From contig JAOARY010000051.1 of assembly GCA_025210335.1 (NCBI GenBank), positions 144,643-168,642 of the forward strand: a DNA stretch of 24,000 nucleotides, written 5' to 3'. The notes beneath the pieces are model-generated. The model was not told the DNA's origin. It saw nothing but the letters and a program-made list of their open reading frames with translations, and ran no database searches. This document shows, in pieces, positions 1-9,544 of the stretch. This DNA is from Peptostreptococcaceae bacterium. Lineage in GTDB: Bacteria > Bacillota > Clostridia > Peptostreptococcales > Peptostreptococcaceae. The position numbers and the translations under genes were made by a program. Position 1 is the stretch's first letter. The number at the start of each line of letters is the position of its first letter.

Positions 1-1
1 A

Positions 2-499
2 CTTGAAGGTCTTATGATGGGAACTAGATCAGGAGATTTAGATCCAGCAATAGTTACATTCATAATGGAAAAAGAAAACTTATCATTATCACAAGTAAAC
101 AATATATTAAATAAAGAATCAGGAGTTTATGGAGTTTCAGGCGTAAGTTCTGATTTTAGAGATGTTGAAGATGCTGCTAAATCTGGAAATGAAAGAGCTG
201 TAATAGCATTAAAAGGATATGCTAATAGAGTTAAGAAATACATCGGTGCTTACATGGCAGAAATGAATGGAGCAGACGCTATAGTATTTACAGCTGGTCT
301 TGGAGAAAATGGTATTGAAACAAGAGAAGATATCTGTAAAGGTTTAGAAGGATTAGGAATTGAAATGGATTTTGAAAAGAATAAAGTAAGAGGAAAAGAA
401 ACTTTAGTAAGTAAAGATGGTTCTAAAGTTAAAATATTTGTTATACCAACAAATGAAGAACTTATGATTGCTAGAGATACTGTTGCTTTAGTTAAATAA
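2..499 (+). CDS. ackA: Acetate kinase, C-terminal part (5' end lies upstream of the window)
   Basis: The frame is open from the window edge to TAA 497-499. Translation [18 protein letters not shown]...[14 protein letters not shown]...[13 protein letters not shown] matches the conserved C-terminal core of acetate/propionate kinases. Confidence 0.9.
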   Translation, partial: LEGLMMGTRSGDLDPAIVTFIMEKENLSLSQVNNILNKESGVYGVSGVSSDFRDVEDAAKSGNERAVIALKGYANRVKKYIGAYMAEMNGADAIVFTAGLGENGIETREDICKGLEGLGIEMDFEKNKVRGKETLVSKDGSKVKIFVIPTNEELMIARDTVALVK

Positions 500-529
500 T
501 AAATTGTAGTTTAATATAATTAATATGAT

Positions 530-567
530 AAATCTATAGTTTTTTTGCTATAGATTTATTATATTTT
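530..567 (+). terminator. Intrinsic terminator after ackA
   Basis: Perfect 10-bp stem AAATCTATAG (530-539) / CTATAGATTT (548-557) with an 8-nt loop, followed by a T-rich tail. Confidence 0.6.
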
Positions 568-586
568 AACTATCAAGTAAAAATAC

Positions 587-615
587 TTGACAAAAGATTT
601 ACCCCTTTGTATAAT
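587..615 (+). promoter_or_regulatory. Consensus sigma-A type promoter for yceD-rpmF
   Basis: TTGACA (587-592), a 17-nt spacer, then TATAAT (610-615). Both hexamers match consensus perfectly, about 30 nt upstream of the yceD start. Confidence 0.75.
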
Positions 616-642
616 AAACAAGGTGAAGGTCAAGGTGATTTT

Positions 643-1161
643 ATGAAATTAGATATTGGCAGAATTTTAAGAAAAGAAGTTTCAAGGTTTAGAGTCAATA
701 TGAAAGAAACTTTGGATTACATAGACACAACTGAAGGAAGAATTCATTTTTGTGAAGATGTATTAATTCAAGGTGAGGTAAATTCTATTAAAGATAAACT
801 TTATTTAGAATTAAATGTGAAGACTGCTGTTAAAGAGTCTTGTGGTAGATGTCTAAAAGATGTTATCATCAATATAGATGTAGACTTACAAGGATTTTTA
901 ACAGATGACTATAAAGAGTCTGTAGATGAATTGGAAGATTCATTTATTTATGACGGGGATGAAGTTAATATGGAAGAAGTTTTAAAAACGGCTGTCCTAT
1001 TAAATTTACCTTCAAAGATTGTTTGTAAAGATGATTGCAAAGGTATTTGTCCAAACTGTGGAAATAATCTAAATGAAGAAGGTTGCGAATGCAATCAAGA
1101 TGAAATAGATGAATTGAACATAGATCCCCGATTATCTAAATTGAAAGATTTTTTTAAATAA
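643..1161 (+). CDS. yceD: YceD/DUF177 family protein (large ribosomal RNA/L32-associated, Cys-rich C-terminus)
   Basis: The ORF track starts at 607, but that start overlaps the promoter -10. The ATG at 643 follows AAGGTGA. The C-terminus has CxxC-type clusters ([16 protein letters not shown]), and the gene sits immediately upstream of rpmF, as is typical for DUF177. Confidence 0.75.
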   Translation: MKLDIGRILRKEVSRFRVNMKETLDYIDTTEGRIHFCEDVLIQGEVNSIKDKLYLELNVKTAVKESCGRCLKDVIINIDVDLQGFLTDDYKESVDELEDSFIYDGDEVNMEEVLKTAVLLNLPSKIVCKDDCKGICPNCGNNLNEEGCECNQDEIDELNIDPRLSKLKDFFK

Positions 1162-1175
1162 AAGGAGGAATAAAA

Positions 1176-1352
1176 ATGGCAGTACCTAAGCGTAGAACAG
1201 CTAAAAGTGCGAGTCGTTCAAGAAGAGCAGCTAACAATAAAGTAACTTTTGCTGGATTTGTTAAGTGCCCTAATTGTAATGAGCCTAAATTAGCTCACAG
1301 AGTTTGTCCTGATTGTGGACACTACAACGGAAAAGAAGTTGTATCTAAGTAA
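1176..1352 (+). CDS. rpmF: 50S ribosomal protein L32 (zinc-ribbon form)
   Basis: Not in the ORF track (58 aa). AAGGAGG RBS at 1162-1168, ATG 1176, TAA 1350-1352. Translation [58 protein letters not shown] has the L32 N-terminal MAVPKRR signature and CxxC...CxxC. Confidence 0.95.
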   Translation: MAVPKRRTAKSASRSRRAANNKVTFAGFVKCPNCNEPKLAHRVCPDCGHYNGKEVVSK

Positions 1353-1362
1353 TTAAAAAAAT

Positions 1363-1391
1363 CCACTTGTTTAATAACAAGTGGTTTTTTT
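1363..1391 (+). terminator. Intrinsic terminator after rpmF
   Basis: CCACTTGTT (1363-1371) / AACAAGTGG (1376-1384), a 4-nt loop, then a T7 run (1385-1391). Confidence 0.85.
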
Positions 1392-1411
1392 ATGCTATTT
1401 TTTAAAAATAT

Positions 1412-1441
1412 TTGATTAAGATAAGTAATATATTATATACT
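1412..1441 (+). promoter_or_regulatory. Candidate promoter of fapR-plsX
   Basis: TTGATT (1412-1417), an 18-nt spacer, then TATACT (1436-1441). The fabH promoter uses the same hexamer pair. There is no clean FapR box here, only a degenerate AGTA-N10-TACT. Confidence 0.35.
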
Positions 1442-1540
1442 CTTATTATTGGAATAAAACTGATTTGTCTGAATTTATTATATAGATAGAAATAAAAAAT
1501 AAATTAAAAAAAGCTTGTTTTGATAAAGGGAGGAAATGTG

Positions 1541-2107
1541 ATGAAGAGGAATAAAAAACAAAGGCAAAGCGAATTAAAGGAGATGCTTGAAAAAGACCCT
1601 TTTTATACAGATGATGAATTAGCTGAATATTTTAGTGTAAGTATACAAACTATACGTTTAGATAGATTAGCACTCAATATACCAGAATTAAGACAAAGAA
1701 TGAAATCTATGGCAGAAAAAAATGTTACAAAGGTAAAAACAATATCAGGAAAAGAAATTATTGGGGAAGTAATTGATTTGGATGTTGGAAAATTAGGAAT
1801 TTCTATATTAGAAACAACAGCAGAAATGGCTTATAGAAAAACAAATATAGTAAAAGGTCATTTTGTATTCTCTCAAGCAGAATCATTAGCTATGGCTGTA
1901 GTCGATGCACCGCTTGTTATAATGGCAGTTGCGAATATAAAGAACATAGAACCGATAAAATTAAAAGAAAGACTTATAGCTAAGGCTGAGGTCGTTAGAA
2001 TAAGAAATAAAAAACATTATGTACATGTAAAAGTTTATAACAAACAACATGAAGAAGTATTTAGAGGTAAATTTATATTTAATGAAATAGAAAAAGGGGA
2101 GATATAA
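1541..2107 (+). CDS. fapR: Transcription factor FapR (fatty acid and phospholipid biosynthesis regulator)
   Basis: The ATG at 1541 follows GGGAGGA; the track start at 1520 is probably an over-extension. MKRNKKQRQSEL...DDELAEYFSVSIQTIRLDRLALNIPELR closely parallels the Bacillus FapR HTH region, followed by a hotdog-fold-like C-terminal half. The gene is directly upstream of plsX. Confidence 0.9.
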   Translation: MKRNKKQRQSELKEMLEKDPFYTDDELAEYFSVSIQTIRLDRLALNIPELRQRMKSMAEKNVTKVKTISGKEIIGEVIDLDVGKLGISILETTAEMAYRKTNIVKGHFVFSQAESLAMAVVDAPLVIMAVANIKNIEPIKLKERLIAKAEVVRIRNKKHYVHVKVYNKQHEEVFRGKFIFNEIEKGEI

Positions 2108-3088
2108 ATGAAAATTGCTATAGATGCAATGGGTGGAGATAATGCTCCAAAGGAGATAATAAAAGGTGCTGTAGATGCAGTAAATGAATATGAATCTAAT
2201 ATAATTCTTGTTGGTGATGAAACTATAATAAAGGAAGAATTAAAAAATTATAATTATAATGAAGAAAAAATCGAAGTAATACATACAACACAAATAATAG
2301 AAAATGAAGACAAACCATCTATGGCTATAAGAAAGAAAAAAGATTCATCTATGGTAGTTGCAACAACTTTAGTGGCAGAAAAAAAAGCAGATGCTATAGT
2401 TTCTGCGGGTAATACAGGAGCTCTTTTAGCAAGTGGTTTATTTATATTAAAAAGAATAAAAGGAATAGATCGACCTGCACTATGTACATTTATACCTACT
2501 AAAAAAGGAATATCAATATTATTAGATGCTGGAGCTAATGCGGAATGTAAAAGTAAGAATTTAGAGCAGTTTGGAATAATGGGTTATATTTATGCTAAAA
2601 AAATTCTTAAGATTAACAATCCAAAGGTGGGAATTGTAAATGTTGGTTCAGAAGAAGGAAAAGGAAATGAACTTACTAAAGCTTCATATGAATTATTAAA
2701 AGAACAAGATATAAATTTTGTTGGTAATATAGAAGCTAGATATATTAATGAAGGAGATATAAATGTAATCGTAGCAGATGGCTTTACAGGTAATGTTGTG
2801 TTAAAGCTTATGGAAGGTGTAGCTATGACTATATTCGATATGTTAAAAGATGTATACAAAAAAAACTTAAAAACAAAAATATCTGCACTTATGATTAAAG
2901 ATGACTTAAAAAATTTAAAAGCAAATTTAGATTACGCAGAATATGGTGGAGCTCCTTTGGTTGGAGTTAATGGAAACCTTATAAAGGCTCATGGTAGTTC
3001 TGATTCTAAAGCCATAAAGAATGCTATAAAACAAGCTATGGAATGTAGTAAAGAAAACATAATAGAAGATATCAAATCTTATTTATAA
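2108..3088 (+). CDS. plsX: Phosphate acyltransferase PlsX
   Basis: [15 protein letters not shown]-terminus and full-length PlsX-like sequence. The start abuts the fapR stop (TAAATG). Confidence 0.95.
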   Translation: MKIAIDAMGGDNAPKEIIKGAVDAVNEYESNIILVGDETIIKEELKNYNYNEEKIEVIHTTQIIENEDKPSMAIRKKKDSSMVVATTLVAEKKADAIVSAGNTGALLASGLFILKRIKGIDRPALCTFIPTKKGISILLDAGANAECKSKNLEQFGIMGYIYAKKILKINNPKVGIVNVGSEEGKGNELTKASYELLKEQDINFVGNIEARYINEGDINVIVADGFTGNVVLKLMEGVAMTIFDMLKDVYKKNLKTKISALMIKDDLKNLKANLDYAEYGGAPLVGVNGNLIKAHGSSDSKAIKNAIKQAMECSKENIIEDIKSYL

Positions 3089-3133
3089 TACGAATCTAGA
3101 AAATTTTTCCTCAAAATATAATAAAAATAAATC

Positions 3134-3162
3134 TTGATTTATATATTCTTATAATATATACT
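3134..3162 (+). promoter_or_regulatory. Candidate sigma-A promoter of the fabH-fabF operon
   Basis: TTGATT (3134-3139), a 17-nt spacer, then TATACT (3157-3162). It lies immediately upstream of the FapR operator. Confidence 0.55.
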
Positions 3163-3166
3163 AGTT

Positions 3167-3183
3167 TTAGTACCAGGTACTAA
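3167..3183 (+). promoter_or_regulatory. FapR operator (17-bp inverted repeat)
   Basis: TTAGTACCAGGTACTAA is a palindrome with TTAGTA/TACTAA half-sites, as in the FapR boxes described in Bacillus and Staphylococcus fap regulon promoters. It sits at the predicted transcription start of fabH, and fapR is encoded about 1.6 kb upstream. Confidence 0.8.
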
Positions 3184-3277
3184 GACTGGTTTATTTTTAT
3201 GAATTAATTGTGATATTGAATATAGATTGATTTTTTATTATATAGATGTTTACCTAAACATTTCGAGGAGTGAAAAT

Positions 3278-4270
3278 ATGAAACTTAAAAGTGCAGGAAT
3301 TATAGGTATCGGAAGTTATTTGCCAGAAAAAATAATGACAAATAAAGATTTAGAACAAATAGTAGATACAAATGATGAATGGATAAGAACAAGAACAGGT
3401 ATTGAAAAAAGAAGAATAGCAACTACGCAAGAAGCTACTTCGGATTTATCATTAGAAGCTTCAAAAAAAGCTTTAGAAAGTGCTAATATTCAAGCTGAGG
3501 ATTTAGACCTTGTAATAGTAGCTACTATTACACCTGATATGTCATTTCCATCAACTGCTTGTATAGTACAAGATAAATTAGGTGCTAAAAATGCAGGTGC
3601 ATTTGATTTAACAGCAGCTTGTTCTGGTTTTATATATGGAATATCAATAGCTAAGCAATTTGTTGAAGCTGGAGTATATAAAAATATACTTGTTGTTGGA
3701 GCAGAAACAATGACTAAGATACTTGATTGGAAAGATAGAAATACATGTGTTTTATTTGGAGATGGAGCAGGTGCGGTTGTAATATCAACTGTAGAAGAAG
3801 ATGAAGGAATCAAAAATGTTACATTAGGATCTGATGGTAGTGGTGGAAGTGTATTAAATAAACCAGCAGGTGGAAGTAGAATGCCTGTAACACATGAAGC
3901 ATTAGAAAATAGAATGAATTACCTAAAGATGGACGGTTCTGAAGTATTTAAATTTGCAGTTAGAAAAATGGCTGCTGAAACTAAAAAAGTATTAGAAGAA
4001 GCAAACGTTGATATAGAAGATATAGATATGATTATACCTCATCAAGCAAATATAAGAATTATAGAGGGTGCAGCAAAGAGACTTAAAGTAGGTTTAGACA
4101 AAATGCATATAAACTTAAATGAGTATGGGAATATGTCAGCAGCGTCAATTCCAGTGGCATTAGATGAAGCATATAGAAAAGGGAAAATAAAAAAGAAGGA
4201 TAAAATTGTCCTAGTTGGCTTTGGTGCTGGATTAACTTGGGGAGCTAGCTATATTAAATGGTCAATTTAG
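3278..4270 (+). CDS. fabH: 3-oxoacyl-ACP synthase III (FabH)
   Basis: The ATG at 3278 follows GAGGAG; the track start at 3227 is an over-extension. It has the active-site context AACSGF, plus HQANIRI and GFGAGLTWG motifs. Confidence 0.93.
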   Translation: MKLKSAGIIGIGSYLPEKIMTNKDLEQIVDTNDEWIRTRTGIEKRRIATTQEATSDLSLEASKKALESANIQAEDLDLVIVATITPDMSFPSTACIVQDKLGAKNAGAFDLTAACSGFIYGISIAKQFVEAGVYKNILVVGAETMTKILDWKDRNTCVLFGDGAGAVVISTVEEDEGIKNVTLGSDGSGGSVLNKPAGGSRMPVTHEALENRMNYLKMDGSEVFKFAVRKMAAETKKVLEEANVDIEDIDMIIPHQANIRIIEGAAKRLKVGLDKMHINLNEYGNMSAASIPVALDEAYRKGKIKKKDKIVLVGFGAGLTWGASYIKWSI

Positions 4271-4301
4271 TTTATCTTTCTTAAGTTTTGGAGGATGAAA
4301 T

Positions 4302-5231
4302 ATGAATAGATTATGTGAGATACTAAATATAAAATATCCAATAATACAAGGTGGTATGGCTTGGATTGCAACAGCTGAACTTGCAGCAGCAGTGTCAAAT
4401 GCAGGTGGACTTGGAATAATAGGAGCGGGAAATGCCCCAGCTGATATAGTTGAAAAGGAAATAATAAAAGCAAAAGAACTTACAAATAAACCTTTTGGGG
4501 TTAATGTAATGCTTATATCTCCTTTTGTTGATGATATTATGGAACTTATAATAAAACATGATATAAAAGTTATAACAACTGGAGCTGGAAATCCAGGTAA
4601 ATATATGCCTATGTTAAAAGAAAAGGATATAAAAGTAATACCAGTTGTACCATCAGTAGCATTAGCAAAAAGAATGCAAAAAAATGGAGCCGATGCAATT
4701 ATAGTTGAAGGAACAGAAGCAGGTGGACATATAGGTGAATTAAGTACTATGGTATTAGTTCCGCAAATATGTGATGTTGTAGATATTCCTGTAGTAGCAG
4801 CAGGTGGAATAGTTGATGGTAGAGGAATAGCGGCGAGTTTTGCACTTGGAGCACAAGCTGTTCAAATAGGTACTAGATTTGTATGCTCAACAGAATCTAT
4901 TGCTCATGATAATTATAAAGAAGCTATAATAAATGCAAAAGATAGAGATGCGATAGTAACAGGAAGATCAACAGGACATCCTGTAAGACTTCTTAAAAAT
5001 AAATTAGCAAAAGATATGATTAAATTAGAAAAACAAAATGAAGATCCTAAAAAGATTGAAGAATTAGGAGTAGGTTCATTAAGAAAAGCTGTTATTGAAG
5101 GAGACGTAAAAGATGGTTCTATTATGTCGGGTCAAGTAGCAGGTATGATAAATGATATAAAATCATGTGAAGAAATAATAACTGATATGATGAATATGAC
5201 TAAAGAAGTTATAAGTAATTTGAAATTTTAA
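4302..5231 (+). CDS. fabK: Enoyl-ACP reductase II (FabK, FMN-dependent, nitronate monooxygenase fold)
   Basis: YPIIQGGMAWIA...GGLGIIGAGNAP...TTGAGNP...VPSVALAKRM...EAGGHIG...AAGGI.DGRG is collinear with Streptococcus FabK. It occupies the enoyl reductase slot of the fab operon. Confidence 0.88.
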   Translation: MNRLCEILNIKYPIIQGGMAWIATAELAAAVSNAGGLGIIGAGNAPADIVEKEIIKAKELTNKPFGVNVMLISPFVDDIMELIIKHDIKVITTGAGNPGKYMPMLKEKDIKVIPVVPSVALAKRMQKNGADAIIVEGTEAGGHIGELSTMVLVPQICDVVDIPVVAAGGIVDGRGIAASFALGAQAVQIGTRFVCSTESIAHDNYKEAIINAKDRDAIVTGRSTGHPVRLLKNKLAKDMIKLEKQNEDPKKIEELGVGSLRKAVIEGDVKDGSIMSGQVAGMINDIKSCEEIITDMMNMTKEVISNLKF

Positions 5232-5242
5232 AGGAGGCAATT

Positions 5243-6178
5243 ATGTCTAAAATAGCATTAGTATTTCCTGGACAGGGAGCTCAGTATGTAGGGATGGCAA
5301 AAGATTTATATGAAAACTATGAAGAAGCAAAAAATATAATGGATTTAGCTAGCAAAACATTGGAAGATGTTGATATAAAAGATATAATGTTTAATGGTCC
5401 AGATGAGGAACTTAAAAAAACAAGAAACACTCAACCTGCGATATTAACACATTGTATAGCTGCTCTTGAGGTATTAAAATCTAAAAAAGATATGGAATTT
5501 GCATATACAGCAGGTTTATCTTTAGGAGAGTATGCATCTTTAGTTGCAAGTAAAACTATTAAATTTGAAGATGCTTTAAGATTAGTTCAAAAAAGAGGTC
5601 AATATATGCAAGAAGCAGTTCCTATGGGCAAAGGAACTATGGCTGCTATATTAGGTTTAGAAAGAGCTGTTATAAAAGAAGCATTAGATCAAGTTTCTGG
5701 AATAGCTGAATTTGCAAACTTTAATAGTCCTGGTCAAATAGTTATATCAGGAGAAGTAAAAGCGATAGAAGAGGCTGTAGAACTTTGTAAAGAAAAAGGA
5801 GCTAAAAAAGCAGTTATACTTAACGTAAGTGCACCTTTCCATTGTTCAATGCTTAATAAAGCTGGGCAAGATTTATCAAAAGAATTAGAAAATATAGTAT
5901 TTGAAGATACTAATATAGATATAATAGCAAATGTAAATGCTAAAGTAGTTACTAAAGATCAAATCAAAGATTCTTTAATCAAGCAAGTTAGTTCTTCTGT
6001 TATGTGGGAAGATTCAGTAGAATTTATGCTTAATCAAGGAGTTACTACTTTTGTTGAAGTAGGTCCTGGAAAAACTCTTAAATCATTTATAAATAGAAAA
6101 GCAAAAACTATGGATATGAAAGTTCAAATCATAAACATAAATGATGTAAAAACTATGAATGATTTTTTAGAAAATTAA
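5243..6178 (+). CDS. fabD: Malonyl CoA-ACP transacylase
   Basis: FPGQGAQYVGM, GLSLGEYASL (GxSxG nucleophile) and SAPFH motifs. Confidence 0.95.
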   Translation: MSKIALVFPGQGAQYVGMAKDLYENYEEAKNIMDLASKTLEDVDIKDIMFNGPDEELKKTRNTQPAILTHCIAALEVLKSKKDMEFAYTAGLSLGEYASLVASKTIKFEDALRLVQKRGQYMQEAVPMGKGTMAAILGLERAVIKEALDQVSGIAEFANFNSPGQIVISGEVKAIEEAVELCKEKGAKKAVILNVSAPFHCSMLNKAGQDLSKELENIVFEDTNIDIIANVNAKVVTKDQIKDSLIKQVSSSVMWEDSVEFMLNQGVTTFVEVGPGKTLKSFINRKAKTMDMKVQIININDVKTMNDFLEN

Positions 6179-6191
6179 AGGAGGAATCATA

Positions 6192-6938
6192 ATGCAATTA
6201 AAAGGAAAAAACATCCTTATAACTGGTGCATCAAGAGGTATAGGTAAAGCTATAGCTTTAGTACTAGCTAAATTAGGTGCAAATATAGCAATAAACTATA
6301 CTTCAAATGAAGCAAAAGCTTTAGAAGTTAAAGAAGAAGTAGAAAAAAATGATGTAAAAGCAATTATATTAAAAGCAGATGTTTCTAAAATGGAAGAAGC
6401 AGATGCTATGGTAAAAGAAACAATAAAAGAATTAGGAAGTGTTGATGTACTTATAAATAATGCAGGTATAACAAGAGATACACTTCTTATGAGAATGAAA
6501 GAAGAAGATTTTTCTAGAGTTTTAGAAATCAATTTAACAGGTGCATTTAACTGTACTAAAGCAGTTACAAGACCTATGATGAAGCAAAAAGCTGGAAAGA
6601 TTATAAATATGTCATCTGTAGTTGGACTTACTGGTAATGCAGGACAAGCAAACTATGCAGCTTCTAAAGCTGGACTTATTGGTTTTTCTAAATCAGTAGC
6701 TAGAGAATTAGCAACAAGAAATATATGTGTTAATGTTGTAGCACCTGGATTTATCGATACTGATATGACAGATGTTTTAAAAGATGATGTAAAAGAAAGT
6801 ATATTAAGTAATATCCCTATGAATAAGATGGGACAAGCACAAGATGTCGCTAACTTAGTAGCATTTTTAGCTTCTGATATGTCAAATTATATAACTGGAC
6901 AAGTTATTAATGTTGACGGCGGATTTGTAATGCAATAA
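6192..6938 (+). CDS. fabG: 3-oxoacyl-ACP reductase
   Basis: SDR signatures TGASRGIGKA, NNAG and YAASKAG, and its position in the fab operon. Confidence 0.95.
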   Translation: MQLKGKNILITGASRGIGKAIALVLAKLGANIAINYTSNEAKALEVKEEVEKNDVKAIILKADVSKMEEADAMVKETIKELGSVDVLINNAGITRDTLLMRMKEEDFSRVLEINLTGAFNCTKAVTRPMMKQKAGKIINMSSVVGLTGNAGQANYAASKAGLIGFSKSVARELATRNICVNVVAPGFIDTDMTDVLKDDVKESILSNIPMNKMGQAQDVANLVAFLASDMSNYITGQVINVDGGFVMQ

Positions 6939-7074
6939 AATAGTTTTAGAAATCAATTAGTATTTGATTTTAAAAAGTTAAGAAGAATATTCTTAGCTTA
7001 CATAAATTTTAGATTTAATCTAAACATTTTTACTAAAATAAATTAATTTTAAGAATTTTAAGGAGGATACAAAT

Positions 7075-7302
7075 ATGTTTGAAAAGGTAAGAGATATAAT
7101 AGTAGATCAATTAGGATTAGATAATGGAGATGAAGTTACACCAACAACTTCTTTAATAAATGATTTAGAAGCAGATTCACTAGATGCTGTTGAAATAATG
7201 ATGGCTGTTGAAGATGAATTCGATATAGAAGTTCCAGATGAAGAAGCTGAAAAGTTCCAAAACATTGGTGATATAGTTAAATTTATAGAAGCTAATAAGT
7301 AG
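7075..7302 (+). CDS. acpP: Acyl carrier protein
   Basis: 75 aa, with the LEADSLD phosphopantetheine attachment motif and a strong AAGGAGG RBS. Confidence 0.95.
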   Translation: MFEKVRDIIVDQLGLDNGDEVTPTTSLINDLEADSLDAVEIMMAVEDEFDIEVPDEEAEKFQNIGDIVKFIEANK

Positions 7303-7330
7303 GCAAAAAAGCCCTTTGGAGGTATTTAGT

Positions 7331-8572
7331 ATGAAAAAAAGAGTCGTAATTACAGGTCTTGGCTGTGTAACTCCTATTGGAACAGGTAAAGACGAAGTAG
7401 AAAAGTCATTAAAAGAACAAGTATGTGGAATTGATAAAATAACTAAATTTGATGCTTCAGAAATGAATACTCAAATAGCAGCAGAACTTAAAGACTTCAA
7501 TGTTGAAGACTTTATATCTAAAAAAGAAGCTAAAAGAATGGATAAATTCGTTCAATATGCAGTTGCTGCTTCAAAATTAGCTGTTGAAGATTCTAAATTA
7601 GATTTAGAAAATATAGATAATAATAGATTTGGAGTTATATTAGGATCTGGTATAGGTGGAATGGAAACTTTAGAAGAACAACATAAAAAACTTATGGACA
7701 AAGGTCCAAGAAGAGTTAGTCCATTTTTAATACCAATGATGATTGCTAATATGGCATCAGGACAAGTTTCTATAGCTTTTGGAGCTAAAGGAATTAATAC
7801 AACAGTTGTAACTGCTTGTGCTTCATCAACTCATGCAATTGGAGATGCTTTTAAAGCAATCCAAAGAGGAGATGCAGATTTAATGTTAACAGGAGGAACA
7901 GAAGCTCCTATAACACCACTTGCAGTAGCAGGTTTTTGCACTATGAAAGCTATGTCTACTAGAAATGATAATCCTAAAACTGCATCAAGACCTTTTGATA
8001 AGGATAGAGATGGATTTGTAATGGGTGAAGGTTCTGGTATACTTTTAATAGAAGAATTAGAACATGCGAAAAAGAGAAATGCCACTATATATGCTGAAAT
8101 AGTTGGATATGGAGCAACAGCTGATGCTTACCATATAACAGCTCCAGCAGAAGGTGGAGAAGGTGGAGCAAGAGCTATTAAGATGGCTATTGAAGATGGA
8201 AATATTCCTCTTGAAGAAGTAGACTATATAAATGCTCATGGAACAAGTACTCCATACAATGATAAATTTGAAACTATGGCTATAAAATCTGTGTTCAAAG
8301 ATCACGCAAAGAATTTAGCTGTATCTTCAACAAAGTCTATGACAGGACATTTATTAGGTGCTGCTGGTGGAGTTGAAGCATTAATATGTGCTTTAGCTAT
8401 AAAGAATAACTTTGTACCACCAACTGCAAATGTACAAAATATAGATCCAGAATTAGATTTAAATTATGTGACAAATGGCTATGAAGAAAAAACTATAAGA
8501 TATGCACTTTCAAACTCTTTAGGTTTTGGTGGTCATAATGGAACATTAGCATTCAAAAGATATGAAGACTAA
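7331..8572 (+). CDS. fabF: 3-oxoacyl-ACP synthase II
   Basis: The ATG at 7331 follows GGAGG; the track start at 7316 is an over-extension. It has ACASS (catalytic Cys), HGTSTP and GHLLGAAG motifs. Confidence 0.95.
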   Translation: MKKRVVITGLGCVTPIGTGKDEVEKSLKEQVCGIDKITKFDASEMNTQIAAELKDFNVEDFISKKEAKRMDKFVQYAVAASKLAVEDSKLDLENIDNNRFGVILGSGIGGMETLEEQHKKLMDKGPRRVSPFLIPMMIANMASGQVSIAFGAKGINTTVVTACASSTHAIGDAFKAIQRGDADLMLTGGTEAPITPLAVAGFCTMKAMSTRNDNPKTASRPFDKDRDGFVMGEGSGILLIEELEHAKKRNATIYAEIVGYGATADAYHITAPAEGGEGGARAIKMAIEDGNIPLEEVDYINAHGTSTPYNDKFETMAIKSVFKDHAKNLAVSSTKSMTGHLLGAAGGVEALICALAIKNNFVPPTANVQNIDPELDLNYVTNGYEEKTIRYALSNSLGFGGHNGTLAFKRYED

Positions 8573-8594
8573 TAGAATAAATACTATTAAATAC

Positions 8595-8627
8595 AAAAGA
8601 ACTTGCTTTATGCAAGTTCTTTTTTTA
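8595..8627 (+). terminator. Intrinsic terminator ending the fab operon
   Basis: GAACTTGC (8599-8606) / GCAAGTTC (8612-8619), extended by A/T pairs, with a 5-nt loop and a T run at 8620-8627. Confidence 0.85.
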
Positions 8628-8683
8628 TATATAATAAAAATAAAGATAAAAATTCGTATAAGAAAATTTGAGGAGGTTTTTTG

Positions 8684-9100
8684 ATGGAAACTAAGTATGT
8701 AATTATAATTCAATGTGAAATAGCACACAGAAGATGTAGTGGCTTTGCATGTACACAATCTTTTTATGAAAAAGAAGATACATTTAAAAATTATAAGGAT
8801 GATGTAAAATATATATCATTTACTTGTGGAGGATGTTGTGGAAAAGGAATAGCTGCCAAATTAGAGCATTTTTCTAAAAGGAATAGAAAAGATAATAATA
8901 TATCAAAAGATGAAGTAGTAGTACATTTGGCATCTTGTGTGACAACGGACAATCACCATTATGATAGATGTCCACATGCAGAATATATAAAGAGTTTGGT
9001 ATTAAAAAAGGGCTATAAAAATATAATTGAAGGTTCTTATTTTAGCAAAAATGCAAGTAAAAAAAGAGAAAAGGGTATATATAATAGCTATGAAGATTAA
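8684..9100 (+). CDS. CGGC domain-containing protein (Cys/His-rich, function unknown)
   Basis: The ATG at 8684 follows GAGGAGG. It has a central FTCGGCCGKG motif plus further conserved Cys/His (CSGFAC, ASC, HHYDRCPH), typical of the Pfam CGGC domain. Confidence 0.7.
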   Translation: METKYVIIIQCEIAHRRCSGFACTQSFYEKEDTFKNYKDDVKYISFTCGGCCGKGIAAKLEHFSKRNRKDNNISKDEVVVHLASCVTTDNHHYDRCPHAEYIKSLVLKKGYKNIIEGSYFSKNASKKREKGIYNSYED

Positions 9101-9151
9101 ATTTTGATATATGAAAAATAATAGTAAAAATAGATTGTGGGGAGATGTACA

Positions 9152-9511
9152 TTGAAGATAGAGGAAGCTATAAAATATTGTCTAAATAAGAAGGGTGCAA
9201 AAGAAACTTATCCTTTTGACGAAGAAACATTAGTATTTAAGGTCGGAAATAAGATGTTTGGTCTTGTGTATGATAGAAATGATGAAATAGGCTTAAATTT
9301 AAAATGTGATGTTGATTTGAGTTTAGCATTAAGGCATCAATATAAAGGCATAATCTCTGGTTATCATATGAATAAGAAACATTGGAATACCATAATATTT
9401 GATAAGGATGTTCCTGATGAAGAAATAATAAGACTAATAGATATTTCTTATGAGTTGGTATTTAAATCTTTAACGAAGAAGGTTCAAAAGGAGATAAAGG
9501 AAAATATTTGA
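9152..9511 (+). CDS. MmcQ/YjbR family protein
   Basis: ...ETYPFDEETLVFKVGNKMFGL...GYHMNKKHWNTIIFD... matches the YjbR-family pattern. I chose the TTG start at 9152 because it lies 6 nt after GGGGAGA; the track alternative is GTG at 9137. Confidence 0.65.
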   Translation: MKIEEAIKYCLNKKGAKETYPFDEETLVFKVGNKMFGLVYDRNDEIGLNLKCDVDLSLALRHQYKGIISGYHMNKKHWNTIIFDKDVPDEEIIRLIDISYELVFKSLTKKVQKEIKENI

Positions 9512-9544
9512 TATTAAAAAAATTATTTTATAAGGAGTTGTATT

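Noticed and set aside
607-642. N-terminal extensions of track ORFs at 607 (yceD), 1520 (fapR), 3227 (fabH), 7316 (fabF) and 18486 (argR).
   Set aside because: Each has an internal ATG or TTG with a properly spaced Shine-Dalgarno sequence where homology to the family begins. The 607 start would lie inside the promoter -10 region.
3089-3130. GAAAATTTTTC after plsX as a possible terminator.
   Set aside because: The palindrome leaves no loop nucleotides and no U tract follows, so it is not a plausible intrinsic terminator.
8546-8758. A 70-aa minus-strand ORF spanning the fabF end, its terminator and the CGGC gene start.
   Set aside because: It runs through an intrinsic terminator and an intergenic A/T tract. 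Its translation is low-complexity (Ile/Phe/Leu/Tyr-rich, e.g. IRIFIFIFIIYKK). No RBS is evident.
9217-9223. Spo0A-box-like heptamers TGACGAA at 9217-9223 and 10723-10729.
   Set aside because: Both lie inside coding sequences (the YjbR-like gene and nusB), far from promoters. A degenerate 7-mer is expected by chance several times in 24 kb.
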